Positions 37,886 through 47,640 of a stretch of 64,000 nucleotides of DNA are shown in pieces. Both the position numbers and the translations under genes were made by a program. Under the pieces are notes generated by a model. The model searched no databases and had not been told where the DNA came from. It saw only the letters and a list, made by a program, of their open reading frames with translations. The stretch's first letter is position 1. Every line of letters starts with the position of its first letter. This stretch comes from an uncultured bacterium (GTDB lineage Bacteria; Chloroflexota; UBA5177; JANWHV01). The stretch is from NCBI GenBank assembly GCA_963729625.1, contig CAVSOU010000007.1, forward strand, positions 544,001 to 608,000, given 5' to 3'.

Positions 37886-39715
37886 CTAGCGCTCCAGATT
37901 TCGCTCCAGCGTCTCGAGGGCAGCCTGCAGGGTCGCTGCAGCCAGGGATGCGCGCTGCACGGAGTGGCTCGCGTCGGTGGTCCCAGCGTCGATATCGGCG
38001 CGGAGCGCAGCTTGCCGCGCGGCGAGGGGCGCCCAGCTTGCCTCGCGATTTTCCGTCAGCCGTTTGTGTTCGCGCTCAGCCTCTGCCAGCGCTTCCTCGA
38101 GCTCGCGGCGGCGAGCCTGCCATGCCGGGCCAGTGAAGCGCCGCCACTCTCGCCATGCCTCCTGCATGTAGAAGGCCAGGAGGGCGTCGCGGCCGATGCG
38201 CAGACCCGGAGCGACGCTGATTCTCAGGTAGCCCTCGGGCCGAGGCATTACCTGAGGGTGCACCTCTCGAATGGCCTGGATCAGGGCATCGCGTAACCAA
38301 CTGCGCGCTTTCTGCCAGATCCAGGGAAGGTTCTCGTGCTTGAACCGGTCCTGCAGGTCGGCAGACAGCATCGCCCATCGGCTGTCGAACAACGCGTCGT
38401 AGTCGGCAATACGCTTGCGCCTCATGGCAGTGTCGTGTGCAGTGGCAAGGTCTCCGTCGGCGTAGATGCGCTGTGCCTTCTGCAGACGATGGGCAATGCT
38501 ATCGAATTCGGCCTGCGCTTGCTGAACCGCGACCTGTTGCCTCAGTGCCTCGACGCCGGCCTCTTCCTCCGCGCTATCGAGTCGATCCAACACCTGGCGA
38601 AGGCGCGATACCCGCCATATCGTGGCGGCCTGGCCCAGCACATGCGTTCGAATATAGGCCTTGAGACCGGCCAGACCCGTCACCTCAGGAGCCTGCTCGC
38701 CCGCGAGCTGCGCGCGCAGCGCCCGGCGAGCGCTGAGGAGCAGTATGTTGCCGGCCAGGCTACCGCCGAATGGCCGCAACATCGTGGCACAGCGTTCACG
38801 CACCGTGCGAATCTCATAGTCTTCGAGGCCGTCGACGAAGTTGACTGCAAACGTGAGCGCGCGGTGCCCTTGCGACCACAGCGTCTCGATGAACTGCAAC
38901 TCATTCTCGGATAGCAGCTGCGTAGCGGAGAGGACAATGATAATGGCGTCGGACCTGCGCAGTACTTCGCGCGCCGTCTCGGCCCGATCGAAATCCTCAT
39001 TGAGACCGGGAAGGTCGACAAGCATCGTGTCTGGTGGAAGTCCGGTCTCGAGCTCGATCTCGATTCGCTCGACCCCTGCGCGAAAGGCAAGCCGATCCTC
39101 ATCGTCACTCGGCAGCACAATACACGCGTACCGCTCGAGATCCTCGATCGGCACTTTCTCGGCATCTCGGGCGTCACTATAGAAGACGCGTGCGCTCGTA
39201 CTGGGGCCGGCGCGCAGCAGACATGGCACAGCCGTTGCAGGCGCCACTCGCGTGGGCAAGACGCGCTTGCCGAGCAACGCGTTGATCAGAGTGGACTTTC
39301 CTCGCTTGAAGTCGCCTGCCACCGCCACGACAAGCTCCGACTCGTCCAGCGTTCGTCGAAGGCCGGCATCATCGCCCAGCGCCGGGAGCGCGCGCAAGGC
39401 TGCCAGGGCGTTGTCGAGCTGTTCGTCGGATACCGGCAGCAAGGTTTCCACGAGAGGCCCGCGCAGCGCCAGGCTGGCGTCCCGCAGATCGTCCCACAGA
39501 CGGGCCGCCTCCGGCGATTGCACCTCGATCAGTCTGGCGCGGACAGACGCCAGCGATGCCAGAATCGCACTGATGGAAGGTCGGCTATGTGCCGCGGCTT
39601 CCCCTAGCAGGGCGAGCAATGCCTCGCTCTCCAGAGGAGCATAGGCAGCAGCCTCGACGACCGGCCGCTGAAGAATGTCGAAGGCGTGTTCTATAGGGAA
39701 TGCCGCAGTACTCAC
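37886..39715 (-). CDS. Bacterial dynamin-like GTPase
   Basis: G1 GDFKRGKSTLINALLG, G2 PAT, G3 DLPG, G4 NFVD, long helical C-terminus; GTG at 39715 lies 6 nt after a TACAAT box. Confidence 0.88.
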   Translation of the reverse strand: MSTAAFPIEHAFDILQRPVVEAAAYAPLESEALLALLGEAAAHSRPSISAILASLASVRARLIEVQSPEAARLWDDLRDASLALRGPLVETLLPVSDEQLDNALAALRALPALGDDAGLRRTLDESELVVAVAGDFKRGKSTLINALLGKRVLPTRVAPATAVPCLLRAGPSTSARVFYSDARDAEKVPIEDLERYACIVLPSDDEDRLAFRAGVERIEIELETGLPPDTMLVDLPGLNEDFDRAETAREVLRRSDAIIIVLSATQLLSENELQFIETLWSQGHRALTFAVNFVDGLEDYEIRTVRERCATMLRPFGGSLAGNILLLSARRALRAQLAGEQAPEVTGLAGLKAYIRTHVLGQAATIWRVSRLRQVLDRLDSAEEEAGVEALRQQVAVQQAQAEFDSIAHRLQKAQRIYADGDLATAHDTAMRRKRIADYDALFDSRWAMLSADLQDRFKHENLPWIWQKARSWLRDALIQAIREVHPQVMPRPEGYLRISVAPGLRIGRDALLAFYMQEAWREWRRFTGPAWQARRRELEEALAEAEREHKRLTENREASWAPLAARQAALRADIDAGTTDASHSVQRASLAAATLQAALETLERNLER

Positions 39716-39979
39716 CAGAAAATTGTACCCCAAGGCGAATCTCCGGGCTTGAGCCCTCTTCGCGCTGGGCGACCTGGATTCTGTGATCGGGCGCCGATCC
39801 GCGGGCGGAGGGGGATCGACCGTGGCGGCGTCGCTCGGCAGCGGCGAGACTCGGGCCTGACGGCCCGGGTACCCTTGCGGGTCGTCGAGGGTCGCAACTT
39901 CAGGCTGCAGACTGCCAGACTACCCTCGCCCAACCGCACGAGCCGCCATGGGAACTGGGCTAGGTCTCTATTTCCAAGC

Positions 39980-40054
39980 ACTCATGGCGGCTATTCTTAC
40001 GCTGAGGCGCTGGCGCTCGTTCAGGAGGCAGTCAGGTTGCACATCGAGGCCCGC
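39980..40054 (+). pseudogene. Possible HicB antitoxin remnant
   Basis: THGGYSYAEALALVQEAVRLHIEAR resembles the HicB TQGxTxEEALxNxxEAIxLHIE segment; no proper start. Confidence 0.35.
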
Positions 40055-40083
40055 CAGGTACAATCGGTATTCAGGAGGTCCCG

Positions 40084-41307
40084 ATGCTCTCGGTTGAGGA
40101 AGCACAAGAGCAGGTATTGGCAGCCGTAGCGCGGTTGGCGGTGGAGGAGAGGCCTCTCGTCGAAGCGCTAGGCGCCATCCTGGCTGTCGATGCCTTCGCG
40201 GACATCGACCTGCCGCCATTCGCCAACTCGGCAATGGATGGCTTTGCCGTGCATGCTGCCGACACCGCCGGCGCCTCGCCGGAGCGGCCCCACGTGCTCA
40301 CGGTTGTTGGCGAAATCGCAGCCGGTGACGCGGCGACGATCGCCGTGCCACCCGGCTCGGCCACGCGCATCATGACCGGCGCCCCCATGCCTGCCGGGGC
40401 CGATGCAGTGATACCGGTCGAGGTCACCGGAAGCGACCCTCGCGGCATGCGTGCCCTTGTACAGGTGGCGATAGGCGCAAACGTTCGCCATGCCGGCGAG
40501 GACTTCCGACAGGGCAACAGGGTGCTCGTCGAGGGTACGCTGCTACGTCCCGGTGAGATCGGCCTGCTTGCCTCGTGCGGTTACGACCGGGTACCCGTGT
40601 ACAGGCGACCAGTTGTCGCCGTTCTCTCGACGGGAAACGAGTTAGTGGCCGTCGATCAGAAGCCGCGAGCGGGTCAAATCCGCAACAGCAACGCGCCGAT
40701 GCTGGCTGCCCAAGTTCTGAGCGCCGGTGCCGTGCCCAGGATCCTGCCCGTAGCCCGGGATACGCGTGAAGACGTTCTTGCCGCTCTTGAAGGTGGCCGG
40801 ACTGCCGACTTGATCGTGAGTTCCGGTGGGGTGTCCGTCGGCGACTACGATGTAGTCCGCGAAGTCATACAGGGCCTGGGCGGGATCGACTTCTGGCGCG
40901 TGCGGATGCGCCCTGGAAAGCCCATCGCATTTGGACACGCGGGTCACACACCCTTCTTGGGACTGCCGGGCAATCCCTTATCCTCCTTCGTGACGTTCGA
41001 GCTATTCGCTCGTCCGATGCTGCGCAAGATGGCCGGCCACCGTGCGCTGGTTCGGCAGCCGATTGCGATGCATGCCGACAGTGCGGTGCCGGGTGCCCGC
41101 GATCGGCGGCATTTCGTGCGGGCATTGGCACGATGGGAGGATGATGGCTGGCACGCGACGGTTGCCGGCTCGCAAGAGTCGCACCTGCTGCAGTCGGCAA
41201 TTGCCGTCAACGCCCTGATCGTGGTACCCGAAGGACACCCGGACTTCGCTCCAGGCAACACTGTGCAGGCAATTCTTCTGGATTGGCCCGAGCAATCGTG
41301 GCGTTGA
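40084..41307 (+). CDS. moeA: Molybdopterin molybdotransferase (gephyrin-like)
   Basis: PPFANSAMDGFA, IMTGAPMP, STGNEL, SSGGVSVGDYD, RPGKP, GLPGNP. Confidence 0.96.
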   Translation: MLSVEEAQEQVLAAVARLAVEERPLVEALGAILAVDAFADIDLPPFANSAMDGFAVHAADTAGASPERPHVLTVVGEIAAGDAATIAVPPGSATRIMTGAPMPAGADAVIPVEVTGSDPRGMRALVQVAIGANVRHAGEDFRQGNRVLVEGTLLRPGEIGLLASCGYDRVPVYRRPVVAVLSTGNELVAVDQKPRAGQIRNSNAPMLAAQVLSAGAVPRILPVARDTREDVLAALEGGRTADLIVSSGGVSVGDYDVVREVIQGLGGIDFWRVRMRPGKPIAFGHAGHTPFLGLPGNPLSSFVTFELFARPMLRKMAGHRALVRQPIAMHADSAVPGARDRRHFVRALARWEDDGWHATVAGSQESHLLQSAIAVNALIVVPEGHPDFAPGNTVQAILLDWPEQSWR

Positions 41308-41334
41308 GGGTGATCATATGCGACACTCTCCCGT

Positions 41335-41913
41335 ATGAAAACTCGCTTGTCTTCGGTGATTCCAGGCCGAAACCTGGTGATGGTGCTATGCCTGTCGATA
41401 ATGCTGGCATCGCTGAGCGGCTGCTCGTCATCTTCGATTTCGCTCATTCCCGCTCCGATCGGCACGTCTGTGGTCACACCGACTCCGGAGCCGACACAAC
41501 CGCCACAAGTGGTATCCACAGGTTTCGACAAATTCGCGGGCAACTGCCTGGATGCCGCGAACGCGGATATGGACCTGATAAGCTACGCGCAGTCGCAGAA
41601 CTACAATTTCGATATGCAGCTTCAGGTCGCGCCGACCACCGGGTGCAGTGCGGATCTGGGCACAGCTGCCTACCACACGTTTGTGACGCAGGTAGGCCAG
41701 GTAACCCTGAACATGAATGAACTGGACTCGCAGTGGGTATACGGGTACGCACCCACCCGTCAGGCGTTTATCGACAGCGTGTTCTCCAAGATTCTGGCGC
41801 GGTATCCCAGCGCGTCCAAGGTGACGATCAACGTGACGTACGCAGGCCGGGTTCGGGCGATCCTGACCTACGACGGCCGCGGGCAGCCTGCGTACCAGGA
41901 CTTTGGTGCTTAG
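41335..41913 (+). CDS. Hypothetical lipoprotein
   Basis: Hydrophobic leader with lipobox LSGC, Ser/Pro/Thr linker. Confidence 0.72.
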   Translation: MKTRLSSVIPGRNLVMVLCLSIMLASLSGCSSSSISLIPAPIGTSVVTPTPEPTQPPQVVSTGFDKFAGNCLDAANADMDLISYAQSQNYNFDMQLQVAPTTGCSADLGTAAYHTFVTQVGQVTLNMNELDSQWVYGYAPTRQAFIDSVFSKILARYPSASKVTINVTYAGRVRAILTYDGRGQPAYQDFGA

Positions 41914-42069
41914 CTCTCGGCACGTACGTGGAGCGGCGCGCCAAGATAAGACCCGACACTGATGGAAGCCGCGGGCTTATGAAGATTGAATAGTAAACCG
42001 GACAGAACTCAACGTCCATAAGTCCACGCTGGTCGCAGTTGCCGGTTGCACCATCTAGGGAGGAACGGG

Positions 42070-43554
42070 GTGGCGAGGCAGTACGTGCTGGCACTGGATC
42101 AGGGTACGACGAGCTCGCGGGCTATCCTTTTCGACGAGCGCGGCCAGCCGGTCGCGAGTGTGGCGCGCGAGTTTCCGCAATCGTATCCGAATCCCGGTTG
42201 GGTGGAGCACAACCCGGACGACATCTGGTTGAGCCAGCTCGGCGTGGCGCAGCAGCTTCTGCGCGATCACCAGATCGAAGCGGAGGCAGTCGCGGCCATT
42301 GGCGTCACGAACCAGCGCGAAACGACGATCGTGTGGGATCGCGCCAGCGGATACCCCATTCACAATGCCATCGTCTGGCAGGATCGCCGCACTGCGCCAC
42401 TGTGCACCCGACTTCGCGATGAGGGCCTCACGGGACACGTGCGCGAAAGAACCGGGCTGGTTATCGATCCCTACTTCTCCGCCACCAAGCTGCACTGGCT
42501 GCTCGAGCACGTGCCGGGCGCGCGGGAGCGGGCCGCACGCGGCGAACTGGCCTTCGGCACGGTCGACTCCTTTCTGCTCTGGCGCCTGACAGGAGGGCGC
42601 CTGCATATCACCGACGTTTCCAATGCGTCGCGCACCATGCTCTTCGATATTCGCAAGCAGGACTGGGATCCCACGTTGCTGCAACGGCTGCGCATACCGC
42701 GCGAGGTATTGCCGCGGGTCGTCTCCTCGAGCGACGTGTATGGCGAGACAGAGCCGGGACTTTTCGGAAGACCGATCCGTGTGGCGGGCATCGCCGGGGA
42801 CCAACAGGCGGCAACGTTTGGCCAGGCGTGTTGGACACCCGGTCTGGCCAAGAATACGTACGGCACGGGATGCTTTCTCCTGCTCAACACCGGAGCTGCG
42901 CCGGCAACCTCACGCCACAACTTGATCACAACCATCGGCTGGCGCCGCGATGGCGCCACGACCTATGCGCTAGAAGGAAGCGTGTTCATCGGCGGCTCAG
43001 TCGTGAAGTGGCTGCGAGACGGGCTACGCGTGATAGGGAGCGCGGCGGAGGTTGAGTCTCTGGCCGCCAGCGTGGACGACGCCGGCGGCGTGTCATTCGT
43101 CCCTGCATTCGTGGGTTTAGGGGCGCCGTACTGGGATCCGGATGCTCGCGGCATCATTGCCGGGCTCACACAGGAAACCACCGCGGGCCATATCGCGCGC
43201 GCCGCCCTTGAAGCAATCTGTTTCCAGACGATCGACGTTGTCCGCTGTATGGAGCAAGATACCGGGCAACATCTCAATGCGCTCCGCGTGGACGGAGGCG
43301 CCGTGGTGAACGATCTGCTCATGCAGATGCAAGCGGATTACCTGGGAATTCCGGTAGAGCGACCCCGCATCAGTGAGACCACCGCACTGGGCGCGGCCTA
43401 CCTTGCCGGCCTCGCCGCCGGTGTATGGTCGAGCCTGGACGAATTGGGTGCGCATCGTACTGTCGACAGGGTCTTCGAGCCACGGATCGGCGAGGACGAG
43501 CGTGCCAGTCGCTACGCTGCGTGGAGCAAGGCCGTGGAGCGGGCACGTGTCTGA
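42070..43554 (+). CDS. glpK: Glycerol kinase
   Basis: [44 protein letters not shown]. Confidence 0.97.
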   Translation: MARQYVLALDQGTTSSRAILFDERGQPVASVAREFPQSYPNPGWVEHNPDDIWLSQLGVAQQLLRDHQIEAEAVAAIGVTNQRETTIVWDRASGYPIHNAIVWQDRRTAPLCTRLRDEGLTGHVRERTGLVIDPYFSATKLHWLLEHVPGARERAARGELAFGTVDSFLLWRLTGGRLHITDVSNASRTMLFDIRKQDWDPTLLQRLRIPREVLPRVVSSSDVYGETEPGLFGRPIRVAGIAGDQQAATFGQACWTPGLAKNTYGTGCFLLLNTGAAPATSRHNLITTIGWRRDGATTYALEGSVFIGGSVVKWLRDGLRVIGSAAEVESLAASVDDAGGVSFVPAFVGLGAPYWDPDARGIIAGLTQETTAGHIARAALEAICFQTIDVVRCMEQDTGQHLNALRVDGGAVVNDLLMQMQADYLGIPVERPRISETTALGAAYLAGLAAGVWSSLDELGAHRTVDRVFEPRIGEDERASRYAAWSKAVERARV

Positions 43555-44344
43555 TCGAGAGGAGGATCGGAAGAACCTCGTCAGTGCGGCGGGACGTACC
43601 GCGTTCGCGATCCTGCGTACGACCGGCCGTCGTGCCAAGCTCGGCGGCTTGCACCTGCCAATCGCGCTGCATCCGCATCGGCACGAGGCGATCGCGCTGC
43701 CGGAACAAACCGCGCGCGAGGAAGCGCGACCGCCGGTTGGGGAGGCTGATGCAGCACTGCCGGCGTCTACGCCCCTGTTCACCGCCGAGGTGCGAGCCCT
43801 GCGCAGCAAGCTCGCGGCGGCCGAACGGCGCAACTCCCGCCTGCGCTACGCACTCCGGCAGCAGCGCCTGGCCATAGCTCGCGCCGAGGAAGCTCGGCGT
43901 CAGCCGCGGGCTCTGATCGATCACCTCGTCTCGGATCTGGCCGGTCTGGGCTCGGCAGACACAGACGAGATACGCCGCGCCGTGACCTCGGTGCTTGCGG
44001 CCTATGGCTTTGACATCCCCACGACCGAAGAGCAGCCCGTGGTCGCGGTGCAGGCAAGCATCGCGGGCTACGACCGACGGCAATTGGCTACCCTGATCGA
44101 ACAGGTGCTGGCGTCGCAGCCCGAGATCGGTGGAGCGCGCTACGTCCAGCTGACACTCGAGGCGCTGGGACGGCACGGCGCACTCAGCTTACAGCAGCTC
44201 GGCACGACCACCGGTCTGACCTCGCCGATGGCGCGCCGGAGGCTGCGCCTGACGGTCGAGGCCTTATGCGGTGCCGGAGCGGCTCAGCTGCAAGGCTCGC
44301 GCTATTGCCTCGTTCCCAACCCGCCACGATCGGCCAAGCAGTAG
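43547..44344 (+). CDS. Hypothetical protein with coiled coil and possible C-terminal winged helix
   Basis: GTG overlapping the glpK end; heptad segment [26 protein letters not shown]; C-terminal [22 protein letters not shown]. Confidence 0.6.
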   Translation: MSDREEDRKNLVSAAGRTAFAILRTTGRRAKLGGLHLPIALHPHRHEAIALPEQTAREEARPPVGEADAALPASTPLFTAEVRALRSKLAAAERRNSRLRYALRQQRLAIARAEEARRQPRALIDHLVSDLAGLGSADTDEIRRAVTSVLAAYGFDIPTTEEQPVVAVQASIAGYDRRQLATLIEQVLASQPEIGGARYVQLTLEALGRHGALSLQQLGTTTGLTSPMARRRLRLTVEALCGAGAAQLQGSRYCLVPNPPRSAKQ

Positions 44345-44617
44345 CGGGTCCCGTGCGTTACTCGTCGCCGTCGCCCCACAGTCGGAGACTCCACCCTTCA
44401 GGCCCGAGCAACCGCCTTGCGCGAGTCTTTTCCTGCTCGCCCTGGAGCGCCTGCTCGTGGATCGTCGTGGGTCATGCCCGCAGACGCCCTCGGCTGCGGC
44501 CTGGTACAAGCGGCCGTGGAGATAATCAGCGTTCCGGGAGCGCGCGCGCGACGGCGTCCACGTATACTGGGAGGCAGCGAAACAACCGCGGCGAAGTCGC
44601 CCATAAGGACAATGGCC

Positions 44618-44673
44618 TTGACCGACGATGAGAGCTATGAGAGAATGATTCGTGACGAACTATTCGTCACGAA
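44618..44673 (+). promoter_or_regulatory. MarR promoter and operator
   Basis: TTGACC-17nt-GAGAAT followed by perfect inverted repeat TTCGTGACGAA-cta-TTCGTCACGAA (44649-44673). Confidence 0.7.
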
Positions 44674-44704
44674 CAATCGGGAGGCATCCCCGGAGATTCG
44701 CGCA

Positions 44705-45133
44705 GTGGCCATGGAGGTTGCTCGCTTGTATCCGGCCGTCTACCATCGCTTTCATGCATCGCGACAAACGCTGCCTGGATCCGACATCACGGCGCATATG
44801 CTGCGTGTGCTGCGGCATCTCGCAGCCGGAGGACCGTTGACCGTCGGCGAACAGGCCGCGCATCTGGGGCTCAGCAAGGCCACGATGACCGAAATGGTCA
44901 ACCGGTTGGAGGAAAAAGACTTGGTTGCTCGGTTGCGCGACGACCGCGATCGGCGGCGTGTCTTCGTCTGGCTCACCGAGGCCGGACGCCGGCGGGTCAC
45001 CGAGTACCCCGAGGTACTGGAAAACGAGTTGCTGATACAGGCCGTAGCGGACATGCGCCCCGCGGATCGCACGCACCTCGTGGAGGGCCTGCGTGCGCTG
45101 CTCGATGCCGCTCAGGAACCTGGAGAGGAGTAA
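44705..45133 (+). CDS. MarR family transcriptional regulator
   Basis: LSKATMTEMVNRLEEKDLVAR...DRRRVFVWLTEAG; start uncertain (44645-44711). Confidence 0.9.
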   Translation: MAMEVARLYPAVYHRFHASRQTLPGSDITAHMLRVLRHLAAGGPLTVGEQAAHLGLSKATMTEMVNRLEEKDLVARLRDDRDRRRVFVWLTEAGRRRVTEYPEVLENELLIQAVADMRPADRTHLVEGLRALLDAAQEPGEE

Positions 45134-45138
45134 GAGAC

Positions 45139-45399
45139 ATGGCCAACGCAACTATCTGTGAGAGCTGTGGCATGCCGATGGAGACGGTCGAGGATCACGC
45201 GCCAGCCAATCCTGCCAGCGTCTGGTGCCGTTACTGCACCACGCCTGAGGGAAAGCTGCAGCCTTTCGAGGAGCGCTTCGAGCGCATGTCGCAATGGATG
45301 ATGCGTAAGGAAGGCATGGAGCGCCAGGCAGCGGAGTTGGCTACCCGCGCCTACCTGCGCAATATGCCTGCCTGGAAGAACCATCCCGCGCTGCAGTAG
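45139..45399 (+). CDS. Zinc-ribbon domain protein
   Basis: CESCGMP...WCRYC and C-terminal MPAWK; GAGGAG RBS. Confidence 0.82.
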   Translation: MANATICESCGMPMETVEDHAPANPASVWCRYCTTPEGKLQPFEERFERMSQWMMRKEGMERQAAELATRAYLRNMPAWKNHPALQ

Positions 45400-45498
45400 C
45401 GCGCCAGGCTCTCCGCCGTCGACCGGCGGGGCTCGAACATGAGCGGCAACGCGGTCGGAGACCGACCTTCGCCGGACTCAGTTGAGTCGCGCCAAGCG

Positions 45499-46458
45499 CT
45501 ACCTCGACAGCTGCAGCGCCATCAGAGCGGCGCCGATAACACCCGCGTGGTTGCCGAGCGCGGCCCTGGCCACAGGCAGACTTTCACTGCAGAAAGGCGT
45601 GCCGGTTTGGCGCATGGATGCGACTGCGCTCTGAAGCCACGCGTCGCCGGCCTGAGAAACCGCACCGCCGAGCACGATCATGTCGGGGGCGTACACGCAC
45701 GCCAGGCTTGCCAGGCCCACGCCCAGCCATTCCCCGGCGCGCGTCAGAATGCCCTGCGCTGCGACATCGCCGCTCGCTGCCGCCCGCGAGACGTCGAGCC
45801 CCGCGATCGCGTGGCCGGCGGCGAGGATCCCCGCCAGGAACGCCGAGGAGCCGTCCTGGGCAGCACGTGTCCCAGCGCGCTCTATTGCCCGTGCCGATGC
45901 CACGGTCTCCAGGCACCCGCGGCAACCGTACGGACAGCGGACCGTACTGCCGTGGTCGACAATCAAGTGGCTCGAGTCACCGGTGATGCCCTTCATCACG
46001 CGTACGATGGCGCCGTCGACCACCAGCACCGTGCCGATGCCCGATCCCACGGTCACGAACAGGACACGGCGTTTTCCCGGCACGTCCAGGCGACGCACCT
46101 CGGCAAACGCGGCCACGCACGCGTCGTTGTCCACGGTTACCGGCAGCCTGCAGCGCGCGGCCAGCCATTTCCCCAGAGCGAACCCATTCAGGGCAGCGGT
46201 ATTGTTCATCTCGACGAGCGTGCCCGTGTCATCGAGGTAGCCGGAGAAGCCGCAGCCGAGCGCCTGGACGGGCCGGCCGTCGACCGACTGGAGCTCCAAT
46301 AGCCGGTCGATCGCCGTCGCTACCGGGTTGAGCACGGCGACAGGGTCCGACTCGGCGGAGATCGGCACGACGTCATTCGCTACGATCGTGCCGGTGTCCG
46401 AGACGATCGCCAGCTTGGCGCTGCTCCCTCCCAGGTCGAGCCCGATGGCATGCCGCAT
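45499..46458 (-). CDS. ROK family sugar kinase
   Basis: GLDLGGS, DNDAC, GSGIG, CPYGCRGCLE, AGVIGAA; no HTH. Confidence 0.9.
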   Translation of the reverse strand: MRHAIGLDLGGSSAKLAIVSDTGTIVANDVVPISAESDPVAVLNPVATAIDRLLELQSVDGRPVQALGCGFSGYLDDTGTLVEMNNTAALNGFALGKWLAARCRLPVTVDNDACVAAFAEVRRLDVPGKRRVLFVTVGSGIGTVLVVDGAIVRVMKGITGDSSHLIVDHGSTVRCPYGCRGCLETVASARAIERAGTRAAQDGSSAFLAGILAAGHAIAGLDVSRAAASGDVAAQGILTRAGEWLGVGLASLACVYAPDMIVLGGAVSQAGDAWLQSAVASMRQTGTPFCSESLPVARAALGNHAGVIGAALMALQLSR

Positions 46459-46665
46459 GGCTCTTCGCATTCGACTCCCTGCTGTGCAAACGCTGGTTGG
46501 CTCAAGACATATGCATAGTATATGCGTCCCAGTTGCGGCTTCCTCGGGCGCGGCACCGCACGTCCGAGTCGGCGACCGCACGCGAGGCCTGCCTCGTGGA
46601 GGACTGGATCTCCGAATGGCGGTTGCACGCTCCTTGGGCGTGTCCATCGCCAGTCATTGGCATGT

Positions 46666-47556
46666 CTACTTCAGCCCAGTTGTGGCAATGCCCTGGATGA
46701 ACGCTTTCTGAGCAAAGAAGAAGAGCAGTATCACCGGAATCGTGAATAGCACGGACGCGGCCATCAATGCTCCCCATTCGCTGGAGTGGGCGCCGATGTA
46801 GTTCAGAAGTCCCAAGGATAAGGTCCACTTGTCGCTGTCTTGCAGGAAGATGAGCGGACCCTGGAAATCGGTGTAGGTCCACAGAAAGCTGAAGATGGCA
46901 ACCGTCGTCAGCGCCGGCCTGGCCAACGGCAGGATAACTCGCGCGAAAATGACCAGTTCCCCTGCCCCGTCGATGTGCGCCGCATCGGAGAGATCAAAGG
47001 GAATCGTGCGTAGAAACTGACGCATAAGGAAGATGAAGAATGCATCGCCAAAGAAGGCAGGTACGGTCAGGGGTGCGAAGCTGTTGATCCAGTGGAGCTT
47101 GCTGAAGATGATGTACAACGGCACGATCGTCACCTGAAACGGCAACATCATGGTTGCCAGCACAACCAGGAAGACGGCACCCTGGCCCTTCCAGCTCAGG
47201 CGCGCAAATCCATAGCCGGCCATCGAGCAAGAGAGAAGCTTACCGGCTACCACAAGGCCACAGATGACCAGCGTGTTCCTCAGGTAGAGGAAGAACGGCG
47301 CATTTGTGACAGCATCCTGATAGTTGGACCACGTGAACGTGTGCGGGATCCAGGTGGGTTGCGAGGCGAAGATCTCGTCTGTCGGCTTGAATGAGGTGGA
47401 GATGAGCCAAGCCCACGGCAGGAGAAACAGCGCGCTGACGAGCAGCAGACTGCCGTACTGGAAGACCAGGCGCGCCACCTTTCGCATCCTCGAGCGGGTG
47501 CGCTGCGCCCTGGCTGCGCGATGCCGGCTGGTGTGCGGGTTAGCGTGCTCTGTCAC
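46666..47556 (-). CDS. Carbohydrate ABC permease
   Basis: DLSDAAHIDGA loop; TM helices. Confidence 0.92.
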   Translation of the reverse strand: MTEHANPHTSRHRAARAQRTRSRMRKVARLVFQYGSLLLVSALFLLPWAWLISTSFKPTDEIFASQPTWIPHTFTWSNYQDAVTNAPFFLYLRNTLVICGLVVAGKLLSCSMAGYGFARLSWKGQGAVFLVVLATMMLPFQVTIVPLYIIFSKLHWINSFAPLTVPAFFGDAFFIFLMRQFLRTIPFDLSDAAHIDGAGELVIFARVILPLARPALTTVAIFSFLWTYTDFQGPLIFLQDSDKWTLSLGLLNYIGAHSSEWGALMAASVLFTIPVILLFFFAQKAFIQGIATTGLK

Positions 47557-47640
47557 GGCGGGCTCCCTTTCCGCGGGCCGGCGTGCCGAAGCAAAGCCGC
47601 GCACGGCGCATCGGCACGTTGCGGTCGACCCGAACGCTGC

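Noticed and set aside
39734-39940. In-frame ATG...TAG upstream of the dynamin gene suggesting amber readthrough
   Set aside because: The extension is low-complexity and overlaps REP-like hairpins; a -10 box directly before GTG 39715 explains the start; no pyrrolysine genes are seen
41960-42030. GGGCTTATG/CATAAGTCC stem upstream of glpK as a GlpP antiterminator leader
   Set aside because: No U-tract terminator and no glpP in the window; too weak to call
44357-44470. Minus-strand protein-like fragment TTIHEQALQGEQEKTRARRLLGPEGWSLRLWGDGDE
   Set aside because: No start codon, overlaps a REP-like copy, and no family is recognisable
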